In this document: piece by piece, positions 17,251-25,561 of the stretch
Numbering within the stretch: position 1 is the first letter of the stretch
How the letters are laid out: every line of letters starts with the position of its first letter
Assembly (NCBI GenBank): GCA_903839985.1
Contig: CAIMEJ010000075.1
Span: 1 to 38,527, forward strand
Length of the DNA: 38,527 bases
Origin: an uncultured bacterium
GTDB lineage: Bacteria > Chlamydiota > Chlamydiia > Chlamydiales > VFKH01
Reading direction: 5' to 3'
Notes under the pieces: generated by a model
The model's database searches: none
Told to the model about the DNA's origin: nothing
What the model saw: only the letters and a program-made list of their open reading frames with translations
Position numbers and translations under genes: made by a program

Positions 17251-18702
17251 TTAATGGCGTTTAATGGTGCCTTCGAGTTCGACGGCGGCAAATTGTAAAA
17301 GGGTTTCTATACGCTGTTTATCGGAAGTTTTTGACAAAGATGGCTGGTCCTTTGTATTAACTGCAGTAGCTGTTTTCGGAGGAGCTAAAGAATCCTTTGA
17401 GGCAGCTGTAGTAACTGTTTTGGCTGGAGCTAAAGAATCCTTGGAAGGGGCTATTGGAGCTGTTAAGGGTGCAACTGCCGCAGATAGACTGGCTTCTGGT
17501 TTAATAGAAGTGATAGTTTGTGCTTTTGAATCGGACTTCAGCTGTGTAAAGGTTTGTTGCTGGGATATGTTTTGTGTCGCAGTCTTGGAAGGGGCGGCCG
17601 TTTTTAAAAGGTTTTGTTCCAGGGTCTCTAATCGTGCTACCAGCTGCTCTAGAGTCATTTTTTTATGGAGATGGATAATAAAGAGAAACGCCGCTTCTAA
17701 CTTTAAAGGGAGGCTAATTGCATTTTTAAGCTCGCTTTGGGTCTTTAAGAGATATTCTAAAATAAGCAAAGCTTGGCAGTCGGTATAGGGAGAGGGGTCT
17801 TTACACAAGATTTTATGGAGAGTTTTCCGAAAATGTTGCAGAAGCTGTTCAAAAATAGCTGTTAGATCACAACCCGATTCAGTGATCTGCTGGACAGCAT
17901 CAAAGGCAAAGACCAGCCTATCTTCCGTAAACGCTTTATCGAGAGCATCAAAGATACTTCCTGGAGCAATGCCTAAGAAAAGAGCGGCTTTTTCAGCAGT
18001 TAGCATCTCTTGGGAAGAAGAAAGTAGCTGATCTAGAAGGCCCTCCGCATCACGAAGGCTTCCTTCTGCACGCTGAGCAATAAGATCAAAAACAGCATTC
18101 TCTACAGAACCACCCAGTTCTTTCACAACTCTTTGAAGTTTTTTAATAATATTTTCTTCACTAATGCGCTTAAGAGGAAAGTGTTGACAGCGGCTTTTAA
18201 TAGTATCAGGAATTTTATGAGGTTCTGTTGTGGCAAAGAAAAACTTAGCTTTGGGAGGAGGTTCTTCTAGCGTTTTTAAAAGAGCGTTAAAGGCCTCTTT
18301 TGTGAGCATATGAACTTCATCTATCAGATAGATCTTATAGGATCCGTGGGTCGGGCTATAGCCGATTGTTTCATTAATTTGGCGAATATCATCAATACCC
18401 CTGGAGGAGGCTCCATCAATTTCTATAAGATCTAAGGAAATTCCGGTAGCAATCTCTTTACAAGAGGGGCAGTTATTACAAGGCTCGAAGTCTGATGAAG
18501 AGCTAGAGCAGTTAAGTGCTTTAGCAAAAAGTCTGGCCAAAGTCGTTTTTCCACTCCCTCTTCCCCCTGAAAAAAGATAGGCATGGGAGACACGGTTTAG
18601 CGCAATAGCACTGAGCAGAGTTTTTACAACAGGTTCTTGGCCAATTACTTGCGAAAATTTTTGCGGGCGAAAAGCACGAGCAATGGCTTGATATGTTTTC
18701 AT
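17251..18702 (-). CDS. dnaX: DNA polymerase III subunit gamma/tau
   Basis: It has an AAA+ Walker A (GGRGSGKTT), a zinc module (CNNCPSCKEI), Walker B (IYLIDEVHML) and sensor motifs. The C-terminal region is low-complexity (Ser/Thr/Ala/Pro/Lys-rich). Confidence 0.93.
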   Translation of the reverse strand: MKTYQAIARAFRPQKFSQVIGQEPVVKTLLSAIALNRVSHAYLFSGGRGSGKTTLARLFAKALNCSSSSSDFEPCNNCPSCKEIATGISLDLIEIDGASSRGIDDIRQINETIGYSPTHGSYKIYLIDEVHMLTKEAFNALLKTLEEPPPKAKFFFATTEPHKIPDTIKSRCQHFPLKRISEENIIKKLQRVVKELGGSVENAVFDLIAQRAEGSLRDAEGLLDQLLSSSQEMLTAEKAALFLGIAPGSIFDALDKAFTEDRLVFAFDAVQQITESGCDLTAIFEQLLQHFRKTLHKILCKDPSPYTDCQALLILEYLLKTQSELKNAISLPLKLEAAFLFIIHLHKKMTLEQLVARLETLEQNLLKTAAPSKTATQNISQQQTFTQLKSDSKAQTITSIKPEASLSAAVAPLTAPIAPSKDSLAPAKTVTTAASKDSLAPPKTATAVNTKDQPSLSKTSDKQRIETLLQFAAVELEGTIKRH

Positions 18703-18768
18703 ATAAGACAGTATGGCACTTTATCTTTTAAGTTTGCAAGGAGAGGAAATACTCTAAAAAAGGAAAAT

Positions 18769-18797
18769 TTGATTTATCCGGCTCTATATGTTATGCT
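18769..18797 (+). promoter_or_regulatory. Candidate promoter for the 7TM-HD gene
   Basis: TTGATT (18769-18774) is followed by a 17-nt spacer and TATGCT (18792-18797). The -10 ends only 9 nt before the ATG at 18807, which implies a leaderless or very short leader, and no SD is visible. Confidence 0.3.
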
Positions 18798-18806
18798 CAA
18801 ACTATT

Positions 18807-20981
18807 ATGAAGGAACCCGAGTTAGAGTCTCACCATCTAGATCATATGGATGATCTGGACGAAAAGTCTTTTTCCCCTCAGACCAGCCTTGTTCTTAGAT
18901 GGCTTATACTGCTGCTTCTAGGCTCTTCTATATTTATTTTTTTACAAATGAAAGAGACGCGGATCGATATTCTAAAAGTAGGCACCCCTGCTTCTAAATA
19001 TATTGTAGCGCAGATTGATTTCTCCTTTCTCGATGAAGAGAAGAACTTTCTTAAAAGGCAAGAGGCTGTACAGGCCATTGGACCTATCTATAAAATTGAT
19101 GAAAAGCAGTTATTTGACCGCGAAATAGATCTCGATCGCTATTTGGTTTTTAACCCTTCATGGCGCGCTTCTGCACAAGGCTATAATTTTCAAGATATAT
19201 ATCGTACAGTTGATAATGTGCAAAGGGCACTTTTTGCTAGCCGCTACACGGATTTGTCGACACTTGCAGAAATTGGGCATCTTCCACATAACTCTTTTCT
19301 TAAAAAGTTTCTTTTCCAATTTTTTATGCCACCGGCTTCTTTAGAAAATGACATCAGTATTCCAAGTGACATCTGGGACAATCTGGTAAATATTGCCTTT
19401 GCTGGAGAGATTTATGATAAAGAGACACTTTCCTTTGTAGTAGACTACTATAAGCAGAAAAATTGGCAACTGAAGGAAGATGTTCTTTTAGGGCAAATGC
19501 TGCAAAAAATGGTTCAAGATAGTATCCCTAATCAATATTCACATATGCAAGCAGGTGAGCGTATTATCGATGAGGGCCAAGTCGCTACCACTCGTAATAT
19601 TGCCATGCTTGTGGCCATGAAAAAAAAGATGCGTCTCTATCATAATCCCTGGAAGTCACAGATCTTTTTAGGAACGGCTATTCTCTCGGCTATTTTATGT
19701 ATTACTTGGTGTATTTACTTACGTTATTTACACTCAGATGTCCTCTATTCGGCAAAAAAGATGCTTTTACTCGTTCTTATTCTGATACTTACTTTAGGCT
19801 TTTATAAGGGCATCGAGTACTTTTTGCTACGCAATACAAGTAATATCCTTGAGCATGTACGTTATCCAATTATTGTGCCTTTTGCGGCTGTATTGCTCAG
19901 TAGTTTAGTCAACGTACGTATAGCGCTCTTTTCATGCGTCTCGATATCAATTGTTTTAAGCCTTGGTAGCGCTATGGATCGCAATGGGTTTTTTATAGCT
20001 AACGTCCTTCCAGCCATTATTTGTGTTATGGCTATGCAGGGTCTGCATAAGCGTAAACAAGTTTTGAATGTATTAGCAAAAGCCTTTTTTATTGCCCTAC
20101 CAATTGTTCTGGGTCTCGATCTTTTTAAAGATCAAGCTTCTATGCCTGAACTTACGTATGATGCCGTAGCGACGCTTGGCTTTATGCTGCTGAGCGCTAT
20201 TCTAGTTATAGGTCTTATGCCTGTCTTTGAGGGTCTATTTCGTGTGATGACAGATATTAGTCTCATGGAATTTATGGACCCTTCTAATCCGCTCTTAAAG
20301 CGCTTAATGATTGAAGCTCCAGGTACCTATCAGCATTCTATCGTTGTGGGTAATTTAAGTGAGGCCGCAGCTATTGCTGTAGGAGCAAATGGTCTATTCT
20401 GCCGTGTTTCTACCCAGTACCATGATATAGGCAAATTAATAGCCCCTCAATATTTTACAGAGAACCAGCAAGCGGGTGTCAGTATGCATCAACTTCTCAC
20501 CCCTTTAGAGTCGGCGCAGGTTATTATTTCTCATATCACGGAAGGCGTTGCTATGGCTCGTAAGGCGGGGCTTCCAGAATCATTTGTGGAGATTATTCGT
20601 GAGCATCACGGCTCTTCTCTTGTCTATTATTTTTATCATAAACAGATTGAATTAATGGGTGGAGACGGCAGCTTGGTAGACGAGAAAGAATTTCGTTATT
20701 TTGGGCCTAAACCTCGCACGAAAGAATCTGCTATTATTATGATTGCAGACTCTCTAGAAGCAGCTTCTCGCTGCCTGGATGATTTTAGTGAAGAGACAGT
20801 ATCTAATTTAGTGGAAAGAATAGTCTCAGAAAAAGCAGAAGATGGTCAGTTTGATGAGTGTCAGTTAACATTTGAAGAATTACAAGTTATTAAAAAGACA
20901 CTTATTAAAACGATATGTGCTTACGGACATTCCCGTATAAAATATCCCCTAAGACGCATTACCAAACCTGTTTCTCTCTAA
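18807..20981 (+). CDS. 7TM-receptor HD-domain phosphohydrolase (PgpH/YqfF-like, possible cyclic-di-AMP phosphodiesterase)
   Basis: It has an N-terminal extracytoplasmic domain, seven TM helices, and a C-terminal HD domain (HSIVVGNL...QYHDIGK...EHHG). Confidence 0.85.
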   Translation: MKEPELESHHLDHMDDLDEKSFSPQTSLVLRWLILLLLGSSIFIFLQMKETRIDILKVGTPASKYIVAQIDFSFLDEEKNFLKRQEAVQAIGPIYKIDEKQLFDREIDLDRYLVFNPSWRASAQGYNFQDIYRTVDNVQRALFASRYTDLSTLAEIGHLPHNSFLKKFLFQFFMPPASLENDISIPSDIWDNLVNIAFAGEIYDKETLSFVVDYYKQKNWQLKEDVLLGQMLQKMVQDSIPNQYSHMQAGERIIDEGQVATTRNIAMLVAMKKKMRLYHNPWKSQIFLGTAILSAILCITWCIYLRYLHSDVLYSAKKMLLLVLILILTLGFYKGIEYFLLRNTSNILEHVRYPIIVPFAAVLLSSLVNVRIALFSCVSISIVLSLGSAMDRNGFFIANVLPAIICVMAMQGLHKRKQVLNVLAKAFFIALPIVLGLDLFKDQASMPELTYDAVATLGFMLLSAILVIGLMPVFEGLFRVMTDISLMEFMDPSNPLLKRLMIEAPGTYQHSIVVGNLSEAAAIAVGANGLFCRVSTQYHDIGKLIAPQYFTENQQAGVSMHQLLTPLESAQVIISHITEGVAMARKAGLPESFVEIIREHHGSSLVYYFYHKQIELMGGDGSLVDEKEFRYFGPKPRTKESAIIMIADSLEAASRCLDDFSEETVSNLVERIVSEKAEDGQFDECQLTFEELQVIKKTLIKTICAYGHSRIKYPLRRITKPVSL

Positions 20982-20994
20982 GAAGTATTAATAA

Positions 20995-21114
20995 AAGCTT
21001 CTAAAACACAAGGTCTTTCTAAGGACTTTTAGTAAGAGTTTCTAAGAAACGAGTCTCTCTAAGGACTTTTAATCGGTGCCTCTACAGCATTTTTCTTAAG
21101 GTCTTTTAATTAGA
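20995..21114. repeat. Imperfect tandem repeat of three ~40-bp units in a convergent intergenic spacer
   Basis: The units are 20995-21034, 21035-21074 and 21075-21114. The core CTAAGGACTTTTA occurs at 21019 and 21059 (exactly 40 bp apart), with a variant CTTAAGGTCTTTTA at 21095. A second conserved block is (A/T)(G/T)(C/T)TTCTAA(A/G)A. Confidence 0.65.
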
Positions 21115-21131
21115 TGCGCTATTCGAGCATT

Positions 21132-22865
21132 CTATTGCAAGAAGGCTTTGAGGGACTCTAGATAAGCATCTAAGCGCTTATCTGCTTTCAGTATCGCCTC
21201 TTTAATATCTCCTTTTTCACGTACTTCTGCATAGAGTTTTATTTTTGGTTCAGTCCCTGAAGGGCGTATAACAAGCCGGCTATCATCGGCAAGCCAAAAT
21301 ACTAATACATTGGAGATCGGTAGGAGTATAGGGGTCTCTTTTTTACTTTGCGTATCTAGAGAGATTCTTTTTTGATAGTCATCTACTTTAATAACAGCTG
21401 TTTTATTAAAGGAGGCGGGTAGGTTTGTGCGCAGTTTTTGCATAAAGCCCGTAATCTGGTCAGCACCTTTTTTTCCTTCATAGACAAGGGAGGCTAGCTT
21501 TTCACGAAAGACACCCTCTTTTTGGTAGATACTATGAAGCTTTTGTTGGAGTGTGTGGTTTTGCAGTTTAGCTTGCAGGGCTACTTCAGCAATCAACGCA
21601 GAAGCAACAATTGCATCTTTATCACGTGCATGGGTTCCTAGAAGGCTCCCATAGGATTCTTCCCCGCCATAAATATATTCATAAGGATGGCCGCTATTTT
21701 CCCATTCGGTCATGAGCTGACCAATATACTTAAAGCCCGTTAAAACATTAAAACAGGGTCTTTTATAGGAGCTTGCAATAGCTGCGAAAAGCTCACTTGT
21801 TACAATTGTTTTAATGAAAGCGGCTTTAGGAGAGAGCCTATTTTGCTTTGTGAGAGACTCTAGAATATGATTGAGGCATAAACAGACGATCTCATTACCA
21901 TTAAAAATAACAGGATCACCTACGTCTTTAGCAACAATTCCCATGCGATCACAATCAGGATCAGTACCAATTAAAATATCAGCATCCAGAATCTTTAATT
22001 TTTCGATCCCTAAGGTAAGCGCAGCTTTTTCTTCAGGATTCGGGCTGGGTGTTGTAGGGAAATCACCGTTAGGAACAATTTGTTCTTGGACGAAGTGAAG
22101 ATTAGAAAAGCCCCAATCAGCAAGAGCTTTGGGTACCATCGTAATACCCGTTCCATAAAGGCTTGTATAGACGATTTTGAGCAGATGCCCTTCTTTATGG
22201 TTTACTTCGGGCCAAAGTGCAAGAGGTCTGATTGTGTCAAGGTAGGCTCTATCTATTTCTTCATGAATCTCTTCAATGAGGGGAGAGTCGAGAGAGCTGA
22301 TTTGTTTTACTTGAGTGGGTGATTGAACAAGATCGACTTCCTGAATAATGCCCTCATCATGAGGTGGCACAACTTGGCCCCCATCATTCCAATAGACTTT
22401 GTAGCCATTGTAGATAGCTGGATTGTGAGAAGCGGTGATCATGACACCAGCCGATGTCTTTTTATAGCGGCAGCCAAAGGATACCATAGGCACAGGCCTT
22501 AGAGAGGCGTAGAGATAGGTTTTAATGCCATTTGCGGCCATTACTTTTGCTGTTTCTTCAGCAAAAAGACGAGAGTTATGCCGGCTGTCATAACCTACAA
22601 TAAGGGAAGGGTTCTCTATATTTTGTTTTAATATATAAGTAGCAAGACCCTGCCCAGCGGCACGTATAGTGTAGACATTCAGCCGGTTGGAGCCAACACC
22701 CATAAGGCCACGGAGGCCTCCAGTGCCAAAAGAGAGTCTTTTGTAAAAGGCATCAACTAGTTGATCTGGATGCTCTTTTTGGAGGCGAAGAATCTCATCC
22801 TTAGTGGCTTGGTCATAGGGGCCATCGATCCAGGTCTTGACCGCTAATTCTACACTCGCATCCAT
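21132..22865 (-). CDS. pgm: Phosphoglucomutase/phosphomannomutase (alpha-D-phosphohexomutase, PgcA-like)
   Basis: It has the catalytic phosphoserine loop MITASHNPAIYNGYK, the metal loop GTDPDCDR, the sugar loop GGEESYG, and a length of 577 aa. Confidence 0.9.
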   Translation of the reverse strand: MDASVELAVKTWIDGPYDQATKDEILRLQKEHPDQLVDAFYKRLSFGTGGLRGLMGVGSNRLNVYTIRAAGQGLATYILKQNIENPSLIVGYDSRHNSRLFAEETAKVMAANGIKTYLYASLRPVPMVSFGCRYKKTSAGVMITASHNPAIYNGYKVYWNDGGQVVPPHDEGIIQEVDLVQSPTQVKQISSLDSPLIEEIHEEIDRAYLDTIRPLALWPEVNHKEGHLLKIVYTSLYGTGITMVPKALADWGFSNLHFVQEQIVPNGDFPTTPSPNPEEKAALTLGIEKLKILDADILIGTDPDCDRMGIVAKDVGDPVIFNGNEIVCLCLNHILESLTKQNRLSPKAAFIKTIVTSELFAAIASSYKRPCFNVLTGFKYIGQLMTEWENSGHPYEYIYGGEESYGSLLGTHARDKDAIVASALIAEVALQAKLQNHTLQQKLHSIYQKEGVFREKLASLVYEGKKGADQITGFMQKLRTNLPASFNKTAVIKVDDYQKRISLDTQSKKETPILLPISNVLVFWLADDSRLVIRPSGTEPKIKLYAEVREKGDIKEAILKADKRLDAYLESLKAFLQ

Positions 22866-22912
22866 TATTTACCTCTCAGTTCTTTTCAAGGAGATACCAA
22901 GCTCTAAGGTTA

Positions 22913-24511
22913 TTATGCAACACTATCTTCAGGCGCATCACCGATCAGTGCTTCTGAAATAAGTACAATGCCGGCAATAGAGACAGCATGCATGATGCAG
23001 CTTTTAACTACTTTCGTTGCATCGATGACACCTGCATGGATTAAATCTTCTACTTTCTCAGAAACAGCGTTAAAGCCTATGTTGTCGGAGGCTTCTTTAA
23101 CTTGCTGAAGGATAACGGCTGCTTCTAGACCGCTGTTAATGGCAATCTGACGAATAGGATATTCACAGGCCTTAGCAACAATTGCAAGACCGAGAGCTTC
23201 ATCACCTGTAAGTTTGATTTTCTTCAGAGCCTTCTGACTAGCCCGTAGAAGAGCTGTGCCACCACCTGCTACAACACCCTCATCAAGTGCTGCTTTTGTA
23301 GAGTTAAGGCTATCTTCAAAAATCTGTTTTTTCTGCTTCATTTCAGACTCAGTAGGAGCGCCCACTTTGATGACTGCAACCCCTCCACTTAGCTTAGCGC
23401 GGCGTTCGGCAGCTTTTTCTTTGTCATAAGAGCTGGAGGCGTTTTCTTCCTCTGCGATAATCTGCTTGACACGGGCATCAATAGCTGTTTTTTTGCCTTT
23501 ACCATGAATAAGTGTTGTGTGTTCTTTTGTGATAAGGATTTTTTCAGCAGAGCCTAGATCTTGAATAGTTACATCCTTCAGATTAAGGCCTCTCTCCTCT
23601 GTAACAAGCGTAGAGCCTGTTAGAACCGCAATATCTTCTAACATAGCTTTTTTACGGTCCCCAAAGCCAGGGGCTTTGACAGCTGTTACTTTAAGAGAGC
23701 CTCTCAGACGGTTAATAACAAGTGTAGAAAGGACTTCATTTTCAAAATCATCTGCGATAATAAGAAGGTTTTTGCCAAGTGTTGCGACTGTTTGCAGAAT
23801 CGGAATAAGCTCTTGAATAGAAGTGATTTTTTTATCTACAACAAGAACTACTGGTTCATGCATCTCTACAATCATTTTTTCTGCATCTGCACAAAAATAA
23901 GGACTTGCATAACCCCGATCAAAGCGCATGCCTTCTACTAGGTGGATTTCTGTTTCGGTAGTTTTGCCCTCTTCAATCGTAACAACACCATTTTTGCCTA
24001 CTTTCTTTAGGGCTTCAGCGATGATTTGTCCAATTTCATGGTTGCCAGAAGCAGAAACTGTGGCAATAGAAACAATTTCTTTATCCCCTTTTATAGCGAT
24101 AGAGTCTTGTTCTAATGTCTTCAAGATAGCTTCTAGGGCTTTTTCCATTCCTCTTTTTAGGCAGATAGGACTTGCACCAGCAGAAACGTATTTCACACCC
24201 TCTTCAGCCATTGTGCGTAGTAGTAGACTAGTTGTTGTTGTACCGTCACCACATTTTTCTTTTAATTTAGCTGCCACTTCTTTGACCATAGAAGCGCCCA
24301 TGTTTTCGTACTGATCGGCAAATTCCATATCTTTGACGATAGTGTTACCATCATTGATAATAATGGGGGAGCCCCAGCTTTTTTCTAGGCCGACGTTGCG
24401 ACCTTGAGGTCCAAGTGTACAGACGATTGCATCTGTTATTTTAATAATACCTGTGAGGAGCTTTTTGCGGGCTTCTTCGTCGAATATGATTTCTTTAGCT
24501 TGGTTTGCCAT
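22913..24511 (-). CDS. groEL: Chaperonin GroEL paralogue (Cpn60) with no adjacent groES
   Basis: It looks like GroEL along its full length (AKEIIFDEEAR, GDGTTTTS, VAGGGTALL). The C-terminus ends ..GDAPEDSVA rather than in a GGM repeat. Confidence 0.93.
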   Translation of the reverse strand: MANQAKEIIFDEEARKKLLTGIIKITDAIVCTLGPQGRNVGLEKSWGSPIIINDGNTIVKDMEFADQYENMGASMVKEVAAKLKEKCGDGTTTTSLLLRTMAEEGVKYVSAGASPICLKRGMEKALEAILKTLEQDSIAIKGDKEIVSIATVSASGNHEIGQIIAEALKKVGKNGVVTIEEGKTTETEIHLVEGMRFDRGYASPYFCADAEKMIVEMHEPVVLVVDKKITSIQELIPILQTVATLGKNLLIIADDFENEVLSTLVINRLRGSLKVTAVKAPGFGDRKKAMLEDIAVLTGSTLVTEERGLNLKDVTIQDLGSAEKILITKEHTTLIHGKGKKTAIDARVKQIIAEEENASSSYDKEKAAERRAKLSGGVAVIKVGAPTESEMKQKKQIFEDSLNSTKAALDEGVVAGGGTALLRASQKALKKIKLTGDEALGLAIVAKACEYPIRQIAINSGLEAAVILQQVKEASDNIGFNAVSEKVEDLIHAGVIDATKVVKSCIMHAVSIAGIVLISEALIGDAPEDSVA

Positions 24512-24577
24512 ATGAATGTCTCCTGAAGTAAATTAAGCTGCTATGTTGCCAAAAGGCTTTCTAAAAAACAAGCGTTT

Positions 24578-24610
24578 TTAGCAGATATCTGTTTTGTTTG
24601 CTAACTTATA
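24578..24610 (-). promoter_or_regulatory. CIRCE-like inverted repeat (TTAGCA-N15-TGCTAA) preceded by TATAAG on the groEL-paralogue strand
   Basis: The outer hexamers are perfect and their spacing equals that of the CIRCE consensus TTAGCACTC-N9-GAGTGCTAA. The inner CTC/GAG triplets are not conserved. The repeat overlaps the last codons of rsmI and lies ~65 nt upstream of the GroEL ATG. Confidence 0.3.
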
Positions 24611-25381
24611 GAGTTCGCGCCTTGATACACCTGTTTTTTTTGCGAGTTCTTTAACCGCATCACGCCTGCTGAGCCCTTTTTCTTGTAGAGCCGCTACATC
24701 CTCTGAAGAAGCTGTTTCTTTTTTGTGGGATTGATCTACAACAACGACAAATTCTCCGCGTGGATGGGGTAGAGCTTCTATAAGCTCTTTAGCAAAGCCA
24801 CGCTTTACTTCTTCATGCATTTTGGTGATTTCACGCACTAAGGCTATAGAGTTAGAGGGAAGTAAATGGGCCATTAACACGAGGGTCGCTTTAATTCTTT
24901 CACTTGTTTCAAAAAAAAGAGAGACGCCTGGATAAAGACCTATTTCTTGTAAAAATTTTTCTAAAGAACCTTTCTTTTTGGGTGCAAAACCTAAAAATTG
25001 AAAGCGCTCTGCGCTAAATCCAGACAGTTGAAGAGCGCAAATAGGGCTACAGGCACCTGGAATAACGGTATAGGGAATGTTTTCTTCATGTAGACGAACT
25101 GTTAATCGGAGCCCTGGGTCTGCAACAAGAGGCGATCCGGCATCGCTGATAAGGGCGATCTCTTTGCCTTCTTTAAGGTCTTCTACTATTCTGTCTAGAC
25201 GGCTGGCTTCATTGAACTTATGATAGCTTAAGAGGGGTTTTTTAATCAGATGATGGTTGAGTAAAACACGGGAATGACGCGTGTCTTCAGCTAGAATATA
25301 ATCTACTTTTTGTAACGTTTCTAAAGCCCGCAAAGAGATATCTTTCAGGTGACCAATAGGAGTTGCGACTATATAGAGCAT
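24578..25381 (-). CDS. rsmI: 16S rRNA (cytidine1402-2'-O)-methyltransferase
   Basis: It has the tetrapyrrole-methylase-fold N-terminus LYIVATPIGHLKDISLRALETLQKVDYILAEDTRHS and the family-typical C-terminal helical tail. Confidence 0.9.
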   Translation of the reverse strand: MLYIVATPIGHLKDISLRALETLQKVDYILAEDTRHSRVLLNHHLIKKPLLSYHKFNEASRLDRIVEDLKEGKEIALISDAGSPLVADPGLRLTVRLHEENIPYTVIPGACSPICALQLSGFSAERFQFLGFAPKKKGSLEKFLQEIGLYPGVSLFFETSERIKATLVLMAHLLPSNSIALVREITKMHEEVKRGFAKELIEALPHPRGEFVVVVDQSHKKETASSEDVAALQEKGLSRRDAVKELAKKTGVSRRELYKLANKTDIC

Positions 25382-25403
25382 GGTAAGATTAATGAGGAAA
25401 AAT

Positions 25404-25474
25404 AGGCGGCACCCAGAGTCGAACTGGGGATAGAGGCTTTGCAGGCCACGGCCTTACCACTTGGCTATGCCACC
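25404..25474 (-). tRNA. tRNA-Cys (anticodon GCA); CCA is not encoded
   Basis: The reverse complement GGTGGCATAGCCAAGTGGTAAGGCCGTGGCCTGCAAAGCCTCTATCCCCAGTTCGACTCTGGGTGCCGCCT has a 7-bp acceptor stem, anticodon loop CTGCAAA and T-loop AGTTCGACTCT. Confidence 0.9.
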
Positions 25475-25484
25475 AGAAAATGAA

Positions 25485-25514
25485 ACTATACTAGCTCTTT
25501 AGTTATAGCGTCAA
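25485..25514 (-). promoter_or_regulatory. Candidate promoter for tRNA-Cys (and possibly rsmI)
   Basis: On the minus strand, TTGACG (25514-25509) is followed by an 18-nt spacer and TATAGT (25490-25485), ending 10 nt upstream of the tRNA 5' end. Confidence 0.4.
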
Positions 25515-25516
25515 TC

Positions 25517-25551
25517 AGAAAAATGCGAGTTTCTCAAATGGAAAAACTCGC
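25517..25551 (-). terminator. Putative rho-independent terminator of the KH-domain gene
   Basis: An 8-bp stem (GCGAGTTT 25525-25532 paired with AAACTCGC 25544-25551) has an 11-nt loop. On the minus strand it is followed by ATTTTTCT. Confidence 0.5.
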
Positions 25552-25561
25552 CAAAAATTAT

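Noticed and set aside
17264-17788. 174-aa plus-strand ORF antisense to dnaX
   Set aside because: It lies wholly inside the well-supported dnaX CDS, in its low-complexity repeat region. Antisense open frames are expected there, and it has no motifs.
20995-21114. The 40-bp repeats considered as a mini-CRISPR array or as a terminator cluster
   Set aside because: The units are contiguous with no unique spacers. There are only three degenerate copies and no cas genes. There is also no stable GC-rich hairpin followed by a T-tract.
23928-24314. 128-aa ORF antisense to the GroEL paralogue
   Set aside because: It lies entirely within a strongly supported CDS on the other strand and has no start context or motifs.
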